Part shown: positions 25,462-39,349 of the stretch, one piece after another | Layout: each line of letters starts with the position of its first letter | Numbering within the stretch: the stretch's first letter is position 1 | Assembly: GCF_006345805.1 (NCBI RefSeq) | Contig: NC_042999.1 | Coordinates: 44,082,001-44,146,000 of the forward strand | Direction: 5' to 3' | From: Octopus sinensis | Taxonomy: Eukaryota | DNA length: 64,000 nt | Made by a program: the position numbers and the translations under genes | The notes under the pieces: generated by a model | What the model was told of the DNA's origin: nothing | Databases searched by the model: none | What the model saw: only the letters and a program-made list of their open reading frames with translations

Positions 25462-26290
25462 TTAAAAAATAAACAGCTGGAACAAATACTGCAAAGCTTT
25501 TTGTCTGACACTCTAAAATGTCTGCCGATTCTCCTCTTTGAGTACCACTAATGTTGATTTCTAACATTGGCATAGGACCACATATTGATGGAGAGTTACA
25601 GTTGGTTATATTGATTTCAGTAGTTGTCTGGTACTTTACTTTATCAACTCCAGAAGGTTGTGAGGTAACATCTGCTAAAACCAGATTTGAATTTAGATTG
25701 TAAAACAGACTGTTATCCAAATAAAACATAAGAGGAAGACCATAGGGAAAAGGAAATTTCACCATCATAATCATCATAAATATCATCATCATCTTTTAAC
25801 ATCCGTTTTCCATGCTGGCATGGGTCAGTCGGTTTGGCCAGAGCTAGCTGTCCAACCCATGCCAGCATGGAAAATGAATGTTAAAGAATGATGATGATTT
25901 AAATAATATCAACAAACTTCAAATATTCTCATGTACCTCTATTAATACCAACAGCTGTATACAAACATGTAAAAACATAACCTTATAACATATTCAGGTA
26001 CACTTAACGCACAATCAATGATAATTATCTATTCTTTTCATTAATATGATGCTATTACATAGAGAAGTGCATCTTATCCATTAACCCAGTAAATTGATGT
26101 ATATGATGGGAGAAAAAAAAAAGTTTTGTTGATTCTGGATCGAGGTATATTATGCTTACTGAGCTGACAAAGGGAGAAACAAGAGCCCTAATCTTACTTT
26201 TGTAGTCAAGTAATTAGCTGCAAAAAGAGCTTCTGGTTGACTAAAAGAAAAAAACTGAGCCAGTGAATAAAAACCATGTCACCTTCGTAT

Positions 26291-26674
26291 ACTCTTTATT
26301 CTTTTAATTATTTCAGTCATTTGACTTTGGCCACGCTAGAGCACCGCCTTTTAGTCAAGCAAATCAACCCCAGGACTTATTCTTTGTAAGCCTAGTACTT
26401 ATTCTATCAGTCACTTTTGCCGAACCGCTAAGTTACGGGGACGTAAACACACCAGCATCGGTTGTCAAGCGATGCTGGGGGGATAAACACAGACATACAA
26501 ACATATATATATATATACGCGACAGGCTTCTTTCAGTTTCCGTCCACCAAATCCACTCACAAGGCTTTGGTTGGCCTGAGGCTAGAGTAGAAGACACTTG
26601 CCCAAGGTGCCACGCAATGGGACTGAACCAGGAACCACGTGGTTTGTTAGCAAGCTACTTACCACACAGCCACT
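26291..26674 (-). mobile_element. SINE family B
   Basis: Reverse complement of the B consensus. Confidence 0.9.
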
Positions 26675-27339
26675 GGGTGGGGAAAAAAAAAGTTGTAAAA
26701 TTATGTATCTGCATACATTCATGTACATCTATGTATTTGTGTGTGTGCTTGTGAGGTTCATAGTCTCTTACTTTTGAGCTCACCACGCAAAACTACTGCC
26801 ACCAGTTTACTTTATGGAACAAAGAGCATAAACAAAACATCCCACTCATAGAAGCATTGAAAAAGTAGATGTTAAATGGTAATAAATGTGTATGGTTGTG
26901 TCACGTTTTCTTGTGACATAACCACATACTTAACATACAAACTGTGACACGTATTTGTTCATAAAATCTTGTATTCAATCAGGGAGTGATTATCCTGTAC
27001 ACAGTTTATATTGTATTTGCTGGTTTATTTAAAGCCGAAGTTCCACATTTACATAACTCTTATTTACTTGTCTATTAACTATATTTTCCACCATCCAAAT
27101 TGCAATACATTCTTTAACCACATAGACACCTGCCTCTTTTGATTATTTTTATGGCTGGACACTGATCTGTAGGGGAGGAGGTGCTTGAATCGGGTCGCAA
27201 ATTTACCTGATTCTATTTGTTTTCATAGCTATATTTTGAGGACATCACTTGTTTCTTGAAAGGCTGCTCAAGAACTGAAGCAAGAGATCATAGTTCTAAG
27301 TTTCAGTCTCATCTACTAAATTCAGACACTTTATACCTC

Positions 27340-27830
27340 TTTTTCCCCTCACTTGCTGAGTCTTGAAGAAGAGGCAACATCCATAACCATTGCAGGCCCT
27401 CATAGAACCTATGCTTGGGAAAAATATTAGCAGGAAGGGAGTTCTAGAGGGCTGAAGTTCCTGGATGGAAGGGCTGCGTATAGTGATTTGTTCAAGGTCT
27501 GAGAGAGTTGGATACAACAAAGGTGATGATAAGGGAAGACAAGTGGGGCAGGAATACTTGACAACGGGTGGTATGAGCCCAGTCGGCTACAAAGCAGAGA
27601 CCTGTCAAAGCACTGGTAAAGGTAGAAGAAAGGAGACTGCTGACAGCTCACCTATGAACCAGAGACTGAAGTGTGTCTGTAAATGACTTTGTACCCATAA
27701 GTTGGGTGGTCCCTTTTCTGCATGTAATCTAGAATATCTGTATGTGTGCACAACAGTAGCCCTTCCCCATATGTGAAAGCAATACTCCATTGTCAGTATT
27801 ACCTGAGCTTTGAGGAATATCAATCTAGCT
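27340..27830 (-). mobile_element. Degraded LINE RT C-terminal fragment
   Basis: KAQVILTMEYCFHIWG (cf. EYCSHIWG), FYLYQCF and PSRTPFLLIFFP remnants across shifted frames. Confidence 0.7.
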
Positions 27831-30800
27831 ATCAGAAAATTAAGTAGAAAAACTAACCTGAAAATTTCAATGATGCCAGTTTTAACAATGTTTGTATAAA
27901 ATCATTTGTTTTTTCTTTTTAGACTTATTCTTTAGTGTATTCCTTCATTTCCAGTTGACCTGTTATGTTCACCATCCTCTTTTTGTTACATTTATTTTTA
28001 AACACTAACAGTGATGAGTGGGAACAAGAAACAAATTATAAACATGTAATATGGCTCATTTATCTTCTAGAACAGTTTACACATTGTTTGCTGAGTCAAG
28101 CTACAATTGCTGCTACTGGTTAATGAAATCACCTACATATCTATATCTTATATACTATTCAGAAGGTTATAACATAACTTGTTTCCCTGTTTGAGTATTG
28201 AAAAGTCTGTGTTCAAGATGTCTGGGTTTTTTTTCATCCAATATTATTCTATTTCTAATGTCTGTGTAGTTAGTTGCCAGGTGTTTTCCTGCAATTCTGA
28301 TAATATAGCTAACAAGTGATAAGACAAGACTCGGATGAAGGGAGCTGGAGGATTACTTAGGCAAGTCCTGCTCTGATTATTATTATTAGTAGTAGGAGCA
28401 GTAATAACAACAGCACCCAGACACTATGTTCTTGTGTAAATTAGTTATTAAAGCAAACAAACTGCAGAGAACTTTGACAGCTGAAAGATATGGCTCACTG
28501 TTCAGATATGGAGAGGGTTTGTTGATCAAAAGGCAATGACATTCTATATTTCCGTCTGACTATGGATTTATTGGCAACACTGCAAGCTTTATATATAATA
28601 TTTGTTTGAGGGGTATGATGATAGTAAGGATCCTAAGAATGATGTGACTGCAGTGTGATGCAGCAACTAAACAGACCTATAATTAATTAATTGACTTGGG
28701 TTCAAATTTCTTTCAAGTTCATTGAAACCTATACTACTGATCAATCACAAAATATCAGTTTATTTTTTAACCTTATAAACATATATTAATTTTGTAGATG
28801 TATGTATGTATGTGAGATGAACTCTCTTACGAATTTTGGCATATGAGCTCCCAGTTGTTAAATCAACTGGCATATGTACTCCCACTTGTTAAATCATACT
28901 CATTGAATTAGTAAGTACCCTTAAATGTAATTTTCAAGTAGAATCAGCAAGACAGTCTGACAAGACTGGACCTTTGAGTACTGATAGGTACTTGTATATC
29001 TGATAGGTTTGTATATATTTTCTGCCTACCCAAGTTCACTCATAAGGCCTGGGCTGATCTGAAGCTGTGGTAAAAGCACTTAGCTGAAATGCCAAGCAGT
29101 AGAATCGAACCAGAGACCTCATAATTGCAAAGCAGATTTATTAACCACTCAGCAGCCATAACTCCATCTATATTATATGCAATCAATGACATGTTCAAAC
29201 ATAATCTCTTAATGCACGAGATTACAAGATATCAATAATGTTTTATATAAGCAGAGTCCACTTGTTTATAGGGAAACTGAAATAGTGACTACGTGACAAT
29301 CATATCTTTCTCAAGGGCATTTACTAGCATGTTGTTGGGAGTTGTGGACTTTGCATATCTGAAAGATTATCAGTTCTGTATCAGTCATTGCTGTTGTTAT
29401 TGTTTTGTTTTTAGCCCAGGTCAACCCCAATACAAGCAGATCTATTGATCAAAGGCACTCCAGCTATGGCCATCTCTTTTTTTTTTTTTTTTTTTATTTT
29501 TCTTTTAAGGGTATGTGGGACTACAGTGCCTAATGTGTCCTTATTTGATAGTTAGCTGTGATTTGAAGGCGGTGTAGCTGCTGGTTTTAGAAATTGGTTG
29601 ACAGAAAGTGAAAGAAACCTGTTGTATATATGTGTCTGTGTGTTCCCTTTTTTTTATGACAAATGTATGCTAATTGAATACAAAAGTCACCATCATACAA
29701 ATAGTATCATTTGTTTACAATCTTGAAAAAGCATGCCTGGCCATCAGGCCCTTTGTTGTTCAAAAGACTAGAGGAAATAGAAACAGTTTTCATACATAAA
29801 AACAGTTGAGGATTGGTGAGTGGAAGAACATCCAGTCAATGAAAAATCTACTTTGACTAAGTTTTGTCTAACTTACACAAATAAGCATGGAAACATGAAA
29901 ATGAAATGATGATGATGATTATGATACTAATAGCAGATATACATGTATTACATGTAAGATTAACTTCTGATTTATGTAATCAAGTAAATTTGTCTTTTAT
30001 TAAAACCGCCTTCAGTTTTTGTTTGCTTTTTTTTTTGTTTTTGTTTTCATTTTCATTTTTCACCTCCACATTTCTCACCGCTATTGTTCTTTTCTTCCTT
30101 ATTATCATGATTGATTAGTAACATCATTTCAAAGAACAGGTTTTGTTAATTGCCCAAAACAAAGAGGAAGCATATAAACAAGAGAAAAATATGATCAATT
30201 TTTAACTGTCTGCTTTAATAATGAAAGTAAAAATATGAAAGAGAACAAAGGACAAAAAATAGTGTGAGAGAAAGAGAAAAGCAATGACTTTTTGTTGGTG
30301 GTGAAACGGAAATAAAAGATCTTCACAGCTTCGACTGCTTTGTGTAAATATGATAGGATCTCATTTAAGTAACATAATGAGCTGAAAACTCACTATATTA
30401 CATACATGAGACTCACTTCAAATGACCGAGATTATCCAAGTAATTAGTAGAAGAAAAAAATACTCCTATGAGGAATGTTTAAAATTTTAAGATAATAAGC
30501 AAGACAGATGACTCCAATAAGATCAATTGATCAAATTTTTTGGGAGACAATATAGGCAATGAACACTGATTGGCCCTGGTCCTTAAAAGCTAACTGGTGA
30601 AAGTAATGAACATGTTTCAGTCTTATTAGACCTCTTTAGCAAAGCATATTCTCGGGTAGCAAGATTTAAAAGTGATTAGTATATTTATATAGAAATAGAG
30701 GGAGTATTATGACATTGATTATAAATATCAACAAAATATGGCTAGTGGTGGTGGTGGGAGGGATCCCCTCGGGAGCATTTTGTATTCTTTTATTAATTAC

Positions 30801-31775
30801 TATCATTTGTAAATTAGTTTTCAGATTTAAGTATTATGCTACTGTTATTTTTTGTTTTCTCTTTGTCCCTCAAATAAGTTTGTGAATGATTTTAAGTTGT
30901 TGTTTGACCTGCTAGAAATAGCAGCCAGGTTTCCCTCAAATCACACATTACCATGTTGATGTTTAGAATGAATTTTAAAAAAGCCAATAACCATAGCTGA
31001 AATGCCTTTAATTATAGATATGCTCAATTGAGGCTGAGTCAAGGCTAAACATGAGAGAAAGGTAATATGTAGGTGAACCAAGTTTGGAACAGATAGGTAT
31101 GTAAGTAAATAGGTAGCTTGGTAAGTAGGTAGGTAGGTAGGTTTTGAACCTGAGGCCAATCCAATTGAACAGGCCTATGATCTAAGAGATTCTAGCCATG
31201 ACCATTCCATCTCCTTAGAAGCATCCAACACTACCTTATCCAATGTATCCTTTCCTCTTTTAAGATGGTAGTGTATGATTTGAGAGTGATTTGGCTGCCA
31301 TTTCTTGCAAGTTAAGTGACCACATACAGACTCCTTTATTATATATTTGCTTTGAGTATGTATAAGGCAGCTCTGTAACTGGCTTCAACATCCTTTGATG
31401 TGCCCTTGTATTCTCCTTATCTTATAAGCCTACATGCAACGTGCCCACATACATGTAAGCAGTTTGCAAGTTTGTATAAGTGATAAGATATAGATTGTAA
31501 AGATCTTTTGTGTCAGTTATGTAAATAAGTGTGGATATATATATGTTATTAAATATCCAGTAGTTTTTCTAAATCACTCACTTGGGGACAAATTATATAC
31601 ATTATAGATTTTGTATATCTGTAATGTGGATTTTATAGATATACAGCATATTGAAATAGGAGAGGATGGTCATGTCTGGAATACCTTTGAATATAGGTCT
31701 GCTAGATGAGAGTTGACATGAGTGTAAAGAGCAATCACATCCTTTGTAGCTTCAGTGAAATCTGACATGTTAGAA

Positions 31776-31994
31776 CAGTGCTTTTCAAACTTTTTGCTGG
31801 AGCGGAACCCCAAGGAAAGATTCCACTGGCTCGGGGAACCCCTGTGCAATAACTTAATAGTCTTATGCACACATATCTGCACAGGAAAATTAAAAATTAC
31901 TGCCAATTTTAGCAGTTTTGTAACTTCTTGCGGAACCCCTGGACTGTACTGGCGGAACCCTAAGGTTCCACGGAACCCTGGTTGATAACCACTG
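31776..31994. mobile_element. hAT (Charlie-like) MITE, 219 bp
   Basis: CAGTGCTTTTCAAAC / GTTGATAACCACTG TIRs; perfect 8-bp TSD TGTTAGAA; five internal GGAACCC motifs. Confidence 0.9.
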
Positions 31995-34689
31995 TGTTAG
32001 AATAATACTATTTCTTTCTCAATCAGAAACAGTTACTGAATATGTTCCAGAATCATCCTCATAAAAATTTGTTCTACACAATATGACATTTCATTATCTT
32101 AATCATATCCACACCCAACTAATGAGTGTTAGGAAACAGTGAACCACAAAACTCTTCTGTTGTTGTTAAAAAGTGGGAAAGGAAAGTAGTTTGGTCACTT
32201 AAAATGTGACACCATAATACTCTGCTTCTAATGGATATGATCATAAATGAACCAATTATCACCACAAACCCCGCCCCCCCCCAAGAAAAAAATATAGGAA
32301 TACAAGGAATGAAAGAAGATGGTAGAAAGCATGAAGTTTATTGATATCCTGGAAAAATGAAGGGAGAAAGAGGAGAAGGTTGTGTTAGTGTGACCCTTAT
32401 TGTGTTTGAGTTGTTTAGCTTTTGGTTTGATAGATTAAGCAGATATGATCTTTACTTGAACTCTTTATTCTTCTTTTTTTAGTATTCATTTAACTAATAT
32501 AGTATTACCCAGTATAGTCTTAGATAACATTGAGTAACCACATGCAAGCTTCCTTCATGGTTCAATGAATTACTGGAATGAGACAATTCATGCTAGCTAG
32601 CAAATCAAAGGGAGATAATCTCCGTTCATGAGAAGGAATCTTTTATGGCATTGATTTTCAAATAGACAAATTCCAGTCCTCTTCCCTCTGTAAAATATTA
32701 GGAAAATTTGCTTATTGCATATAGCAATTTACCTAACCCCACCAATTTTCAATCACCACAGGTTTCCTTTATGATAAACACTGCTTTTGGTCATTCATGT
32801 TGCAATAAAAATAATTATATTTAAAGCGCTAAAGTCACAACTATCTTCACAAAATAATGATTTCATATGCAATAGATTACATAATCGTGTGTGTTGGCAA
32901 CGATAATTAAAATTTTGTTTTTCTTTTTAAATTTCTACTTTGTGAACATTCTATTTTCGCTACTATATTTTCTTTTAACTAGATACAAAAGCATATTTTG
33001 TAATTGAGGATACATACTTTGTATTTTATCCTTCTGGGGCTGATAAAGCTATGATGATAAATTGGCCTGTGAGTTGCCAACTAGATAAGTGTAAAGCTTT
33101 TATGAGCAAATAATTTTTTTTTTTTTATCATAAAAGCTATATGGCTTGGTCTCCCTACTCCAAAAATTATTTTAAATTCATATCTTAATGATTTTATTTA
33201 ATTTACATGCAATTTTATTACATTCACCAAGTAATGTGATAAATTACACCTCATCTCAACATTCCCAAATATCTGGAATATCTTCCTAACAGATAGGTAA
33301 CTTATGTACTTCTTAAATATCCATTTACTTTAGCAGTGGATTGGAAAACCAAAGCCTATGAACCAGCATCTTTATGCCATAACCACTTGATTGTTTTGCT
33401 TCTGTGCTGAATTATATTTCAACCTGGATTATAAAGTGGTAGTGAGTTTCCAAAATGTTGTGTATGCAATACTATTTCAATTCTTGATTGAGCCACCTCA
33501 TTTTTTTCCTATTTTTTGTCTCATTGAGAAGATTACAATGTTTTCACATCTTTTACAATCAAAAGTACTGGTAACAAGATTGCTTTTTTTTTTTATAGAA
33601 TAAAAAAAATACTCAGTCAGCCCCTTTGTTTTTTAACTTTGTAAATATTTGGTAAAGTAAATATTGTATTTAAGAATGTCAACATAGCACTCCAGCTGAT
33701 AGTTTTAGCTGAAGGTCATTAGAAAAATACTCAGTTTTACTATATAAACGAGGTACTAAAATGAGGTTAAAATCTTAAATTACCATTGTCTTCTGCTTTT
33801 GAGCAAAGCACCTAACTTTTAGAGTTTTATCGATTATTTAACACAATAGTTGATATTTGCTGGTAACAAATTTTCTACGAATAATGTTCAAATCTTATCA
33901 AATTCCTAAAATTTCATGTAGCCATACTAAAAAAAAATAACCTTTGGTATTACTCTAGGATTAAGTTAGATTAATCAAACATTGGCTGTTTGGCAGTTCT
34001 AAGTTCTGATATTTTTTATGTAGTGTGCAGATTAACTGTCATTGGTCCCTTGCTAGAACTAATGTCAGTGTAACTCCTAACAAAACCATTTCAACCCTTT
34101 GGGAATTTATAGTGATAAACTTCAACATGGTTTTCTTTCTTTGAGTGTGTGTGGGCACTAGTTGGTGCTTACTTACCTCTTGTATATTGAGGTGTAATAT
34201 GCTGTTTAATCTTATCAAGTTAGCTCTAATTGAGCAGACCTTTGTCGAAAGGTGCTCCAGTTGAGACCATCCTATTTTATAGACATAGTGTATCTAGAAC
34301 CACATTATCCAATGAAGTGCGGAAGCTTGGTTTTTTTTCTTTTTTTTTTTTTAATAGTGTGATTTGAGAAAGATTTGGCTGTTACCTCTTGTAGGTTGAG
34401 CCACCATAGAAGTTGCCTTGTTACCTACTGATTCAAATGTATTTCCTTATCGTTACATTTAAAAATCCAATTTGGTGAAAATCAATCTTAAAATTACCTT
34501 CAACAGTTGTAAAAAAAACTAATTTTTATCTATGTATGTCTGGGTCACTATGTGCAGTCAGTGCCATTTATTTACAGAAATTTCATCTTGAGATTGAAAA
34601 AATTACATGAGAGTCATTTGATTTTTAAATAATGTCTCTTATACACACAAGCACAATATTTATAACTGGCACTTATCAGTTTATGACAT

Positions 34690-34985
34690 CAAAGGTTCCA
34701 GTTAATCCAATTGATGGAACAGCCTGCTAGTGAAATTAATGTGAAAGTGGCTGAGCACTCCACTGACATGTGTACCCTTAATGTAGTTCTGAAGGAGATT
34801 CAGCAAGACACAGAATGTGACAAAGCCAACCCTTTGAAATACATGTACAACTTGTTTTTGGCAGCTAAGTGGACTGGAGCAACATGAAATAAAGTGTCTT
34901 GCTCAAGGACACAAGGTACAGCCAGGAATTGAACTCACAACTTCATGAATCGAATACCCCTAACCGCTAAGCCACACGTCTTCAC
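34690..34985 (-). mobile_element. SINE family G (TGTGTCCTTGAGCAAG core)
   Basis: Reverse complement of related copies at ~39520-39815(+) and ~47790-48060(+). Confidence 0.7.
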
Positions 34986-35070
34986 GCAATATGTGTTTCA
35001 TAAATTGACTGCTAGAAATATCAGCATGGAGGGCAGATGCTAAATGATGATGATGATGATGATGATGATA

Positions 35071-35376
35071 AGTTAATTTTTTGGCTCAAAAGCAGAAGCA
35101 GGCCATGTAGGGGGACATGGAGTTATGTACAGGGAGGGTGTTCATGCAAAGAGTTCAGGCCATTTCTGGTCAAGAGAGACTTTGAACCGAGCGGTCGTTG
35201 GCATCTTCACTATCTCGTCCGGCAGCTTATTCCATGGATCCGCAACCCGGACGGAGAAAGCCCCTCTCCGACTGAGATGAAATCGTCGCAGATAGAGCTT
35301 TTCGGAGTGACCCCGCAGCCGACGCTCTGGAGCAGGAGTGAAGGACCGCTCTTTCGAGAGGTTACACTTCCCACTT
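35071..35376 (-). mobile_element. LINE (CR1/L2-type) 3' fragment with intact C-terminal frame
   Basis: ...RRLRGHSEKLYLRRFHLSRRGAFSVRVADPWNKLPDEIVKMPTTARFKVSLDQKWPELFA* (stop 35142-44). 3'UTR hairpin CCATGT-CCCCCT-ACATGG. Confidence 0.9.
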
Positions 35377-35424
35377 ATGATGGTGATGATAATGAAATAT
35401 CTTAGCTAAGTGAAATCGTAGTTG

Positions 35425-35628
35425 TAGCTGATGCTGGTGTCATGTAACTGGCACATAAAAAGTACCCATTACATTTTTAGAGTGGTTGGCATTAGGAAGA
35501 GCATCCAGCCATAGAAACCATGTGAAATGAGACTGGAACTTGGTGCAGCTCATTGGCTTACCAGTTCCAGTCAAACCAATCTAACCTATACCAGCATAGA
35601 AAGCAGACACTGAATAATAATGATGATT
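35425..35628 (+). mobile_element. Family C retroposon, diverged
   Basis: GGCACATAAAAAGTACCC...GGCATTAGGAAGAGCATCCAGC...(GAT)n. Similar diverged copies at ~42520-42660, ~47300-47447(-), ~61880-62038 and ~63700-63893. Confidence 0.7.
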
Positions 35629-36202
35629 AACTATCTTCACTTTATCATCGTTAATTTTTCATTATGCATTTAATCACTGTCTTACACTAATTTACTTTCC
35701 TTAAAATCTACACTGTTCATCCCCCTCATAGTAAAATTTATGATCCAAGCAACTAAATACTTTATCTTTTGTTATAGTCTTTCTTGTTCTTTTCTCAACC
35801 TGGTTCCACGTTTAGTGTATGTCTGCATGAGCGAATACATATGTGTGCATGAGTATAATTCTAGGAAGAGCATGTAGCTATAAAATCTATGCCAAAACAG
35901 ATATTAACACGATACAGTCCTTGGACACATTAGATATATATATATATGTCTTATGTGACACCATTGCAGGTCAGCAAATACTTTATACACTATCTGTACA
36001 TACTTAGTACATGTGATTTTGTTTAGGAAGTGACATGAATGTGTAGCATTGACGTATCACAAATACAGCAAAATATGGTATCAGTTACTCTCGTGATCAC
36101 TTCTAGGGTGATTTCATTTCATGTGGCGCTGAAATATTATCTGAGTTTTCCTCAATGAAAAACTGCACCTTTTGGTATTTAAACATCACCATGTATGTGG
36201 TA

Positions 36203-36985
36203 TTTACTCTTTTCAGTCATTTGACTGTGGCCATGCTGGGGCACCACCTTTAGTCGAGCAAATCAACCCCAGGACTTATTCTTTGTAAGCCTAGTACTTA
36301 TTCTATCAGTCTCTTTTTGCCGAACCGCTAAGTTACAGGGACGTAAACACACCAGCATTGGTTATCAAACGATGTTGGAGGTGGGGACAGACACACATAC
36401 ACATATATATATATACGGCAGGCTTCTTTCAGTTTCCGTCTACCAAATCTACTCACACAGCTTTGGTCGTCCCAAGGCTATAGTAGAAGACACTTTCCCA
36501 AGGTGCCACGCAGTGGGACTGAACCTGTAACCATGTGGTTCGTAAGCAAGCTACTGACCACACAGCCACTCCTATGCCTATTAGTAGGTATAATTTGAAT
36601 GTGTCTTATGTTTGTTTCAGTCATTGGATTGCAGCCATGCTGGGGCACTGCCTCTAAAGGTTTTAATCAAATGTATCAACCTCAGTACTTATTTTTAAAG
36701 TCTGGTACTTATCCTGTTTCCCTTTCTTGAACCACTAACTTACAAGAATGTAAACAAACCAACAGCAGTTGTCAAGTATTGGTGGAGGACAGACACACAC
36801 TCAGATACATGCATACGTGCACACACACACACACATACACACAACAGGCTTCTTTCAGTTTCCATCCACCAAATCCACTCACAAGGTTTTGGTCAGCATG
36901 AGGCTATAGCAGGGGACCCTTGTCTGAAGTGCCATGCAGTGGGACTGAACCCAGAACCATGTGTCTGGGAAGCAAACTTATTACT
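36203..36985 (-). mobile_element. Two tandem family B SINEs (younger 36203-36579, older ~36612-36985)
   Basis: Two consecutive reverse-complement B matches of different divergence. Confidence 0.85.
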
Positions 36986-37069
36986 GTGAAGTCACATGTA
37001 TGTATGCATGCACACACACACACACACATCACAGACATATATAAATGCTCTCAACTCATGTACTTGCAT

Positions 37070-37105
<36 letters not shown>

Positions 37106-37479
37106 GCATATGCATTTTAAAAAAGGCTACAAAAGCAGAGCATGACTTCTGATAATGTTTGAAATTATATATTTTACAAAAAATTTGAATATTAATAAGT
37201 TTTCCCTGTGTTATTGTGTCCGTTACATGCACCCATCTGCACTCTTGATTTTAAAAAAAATATGATTTAAAAAACAAAAAAAGCAGTTTATTTTGGAAGT
37301 TTTAACCCTGGGTCAAGTGGAGTGGTGGTGGGAGGAGATGAGCTACAGGTAGTGGTGAAGGGGTGGTTGTCTCTGGAGACAGACTTGCAAATCAAACAAA
37401 AACACCTTTTTTTTTCCTTCTTGGCTGATCAAACTGATACACCAAGTTGGCTGGTTGGCTGGTTGGTTAGCTGTCTGGC

Positions 37480-37723
37480 TGACTATCATCAGGTGGCCTG
37501 AAATATGGAAAGGTAGTGCTGGTTGGTAAGGGAGTGGGTGTGAGTTTACTGCTCTACTGCTTGCTAGGAAGTATTAATGACAGGTAAATAGAAGGCGTGA
37601 GCAACTTACCAATCAGGGCTTGAGATGGTAAGCAGAGGTCCTGGTGCCTTCTGCTGTTTAGTCTTTTGTCCCTTACTGTCCTGAACAGTGTCTCTCCTTC
37701 ACTGTATTTATGGCGTTTACTCT
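37480..37723 (+). promoter_or_regulatory. Possible internal promoter / 5'UTR with CCAAT box
   Basis: CCAATCA at 37609-37615 in a unique, GC-elevated island upstream of an ATG and a consensus donor. Confidence 0.2.
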
Positions 37724-37768
37724 ATGGATAGCTTTAGCAGAAAACTAAGAAATCCCTCTAAAAACCCG
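37724..37768 (+). CDS. Candidate alternative first coding exon (MDSFSRKLRNPSKNP)
   Basis: ATG-initiated 15 codons ending at CCG|GTAAGT (phase 0, compatible with the 54981 acceptor). Lies in non-repetitive, GC-elevated sequence with CCAATCA at 37609. Confidence 0.3.
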
Positions 37769-38049
37769 GTAAGTGTTGCTTAGAGTATCTTCACTACATT
37801 TTCTTTTTTTTTTCTTTTCTTTTCAAAGATTTGTTTCGGGTATTTGTTGTTCCTGTATTGTAAATAAAAGTGAATGGAAAAGAACATTCAGAAAGTCGTG
37901 TGTCTGTCTGTCTGTCTGTGTGTGTGTGTGTGTGTAATAAGCATATGCGAGAGAGAAAGCTTTGTGTGTGTGTGTGTGTGTATATTGTAATTTTATTTTT
38001 ACGCACTAAGTCATTCTGTAGTAGTTGGAATTTTCTAATTACAAATCAC

Positions 38050-38082
38050 TATATATATACACACACACGTGTGTGTGTGTGT

Positions 38083-38114
<32 letters not shown>

Positions 38115-38260
38115 GTATATATACACACACGTGTGTGTGTATATGTATATATACATGTGTGTGTATATTTATATATACATCTGTGTGTGTGTATATATAT
38201 ATATACACGTGTGTGTATGTGTGTATATATATATATATATATATGTGTATATGTATATAA

Positions 38261-38300
<40 letters not shown>

Positions 38301-38540
38301 GTGTATATGTATATAAATATATGTATATATATCTGTGTATATACCTGTCTGTGTGTGTATATATATATATGTGTGTGTGTGTATATATGTGTGTGTGTAT
38401 GTATATATGTGTGTGTGTGTGTGTATATATAAAATATGTAGTCTTTTTATGATTTGTACCAAGTGTATCTATATATATATATGTGTGTATGTGTATGTAG
38501 ATATGTGTGTATTTATATGTGTATATATATATATATAAGA
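38050..38540. repeat. TA/TG/CA microsatellite tract
   Basis: Low-complexity dinucleotide repeats with CACACGTGTG palindromes and a duplicated TTTTATGATTTGTACCAAG unit. Confidence 0.9.
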
Positions 38541-39084
38541 TATGTATTCTTTTTATGATTTGTACCAAGCGTAGCGATCGCCGATCACCTTGTAAATAAA
38601 ATGCCAGCTTCACCTGGTTACTACCTCCATATCTTACATGACAACAGTAAATCTTGTTAGCAGTAATTAGGTAAACTTCAAGTCACACTGACTTCTCTCT
38701 GACTGCTAGCTTTGACATGGGATGATGTAAATCAACTTTCATTAGAAATCCCGTTGGAGTTTAAAAATACTCGCTACCTGTTGCAACCATGTGTCTCTTC
38801 TATTGTTGTTTTAACATTGTGGATAAGGGTACCTGTTTATATATTTACTTTAAAAATAATGGTATTTATTTAAATAGTTTCATACTTTCGTTGACAGATT
38901 ATTTTTTTAAAGTTAGTCATACCTGAATTTTTTTTGTTTTTTTTTTTTGTTTTATTACTGTTGCTTACCATGGAAAGATTGTTGATAAGTATTTAGCATT
39001 TAAACTGGTCATATTCTGCTCAAATACTCTACCTGTTTTAATATTGAAGCTGTCAGAACCTGGCCTCTTACACCTACTCTACAC

Positions 39085-39349
39085 TGACTGACCTCCGTGC
39101 CGGTGGCACGTAAAAAAAAGCACCATCCAATTGTGGCCGTTGCCAGCCTCATCTGGTCCCCATGCTGGTGGCACGTAAAAAGCACCCACTACACTCACGG
39201 AGTGGTTGGCGTTAGGAAGGGCATCCAGCTGTAGAAACACTGCCAGATCAGACTGGGCCTGGCGCAGCCTTCTGGCTTCCCAGACCCCAGTTGAACCGTC
39301 CAACCCATGCTAGCATGAAAAACGGACGTTAAACGATGATGATGATGAT
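39085..39349 (+). mobile_element. Family C retroposon 3' part
   Basis: Close match to 13198-13488. Confidence 0.85.

Noticed and set aside
35037-35405. 122-aa + strand ORF
   Set aside because: Antisense of the LINE C-terminal fragment.
37870-38613. ORFs of 60-190 aa over the TA/TG tract
   Set aside because: Microsatellite translations.
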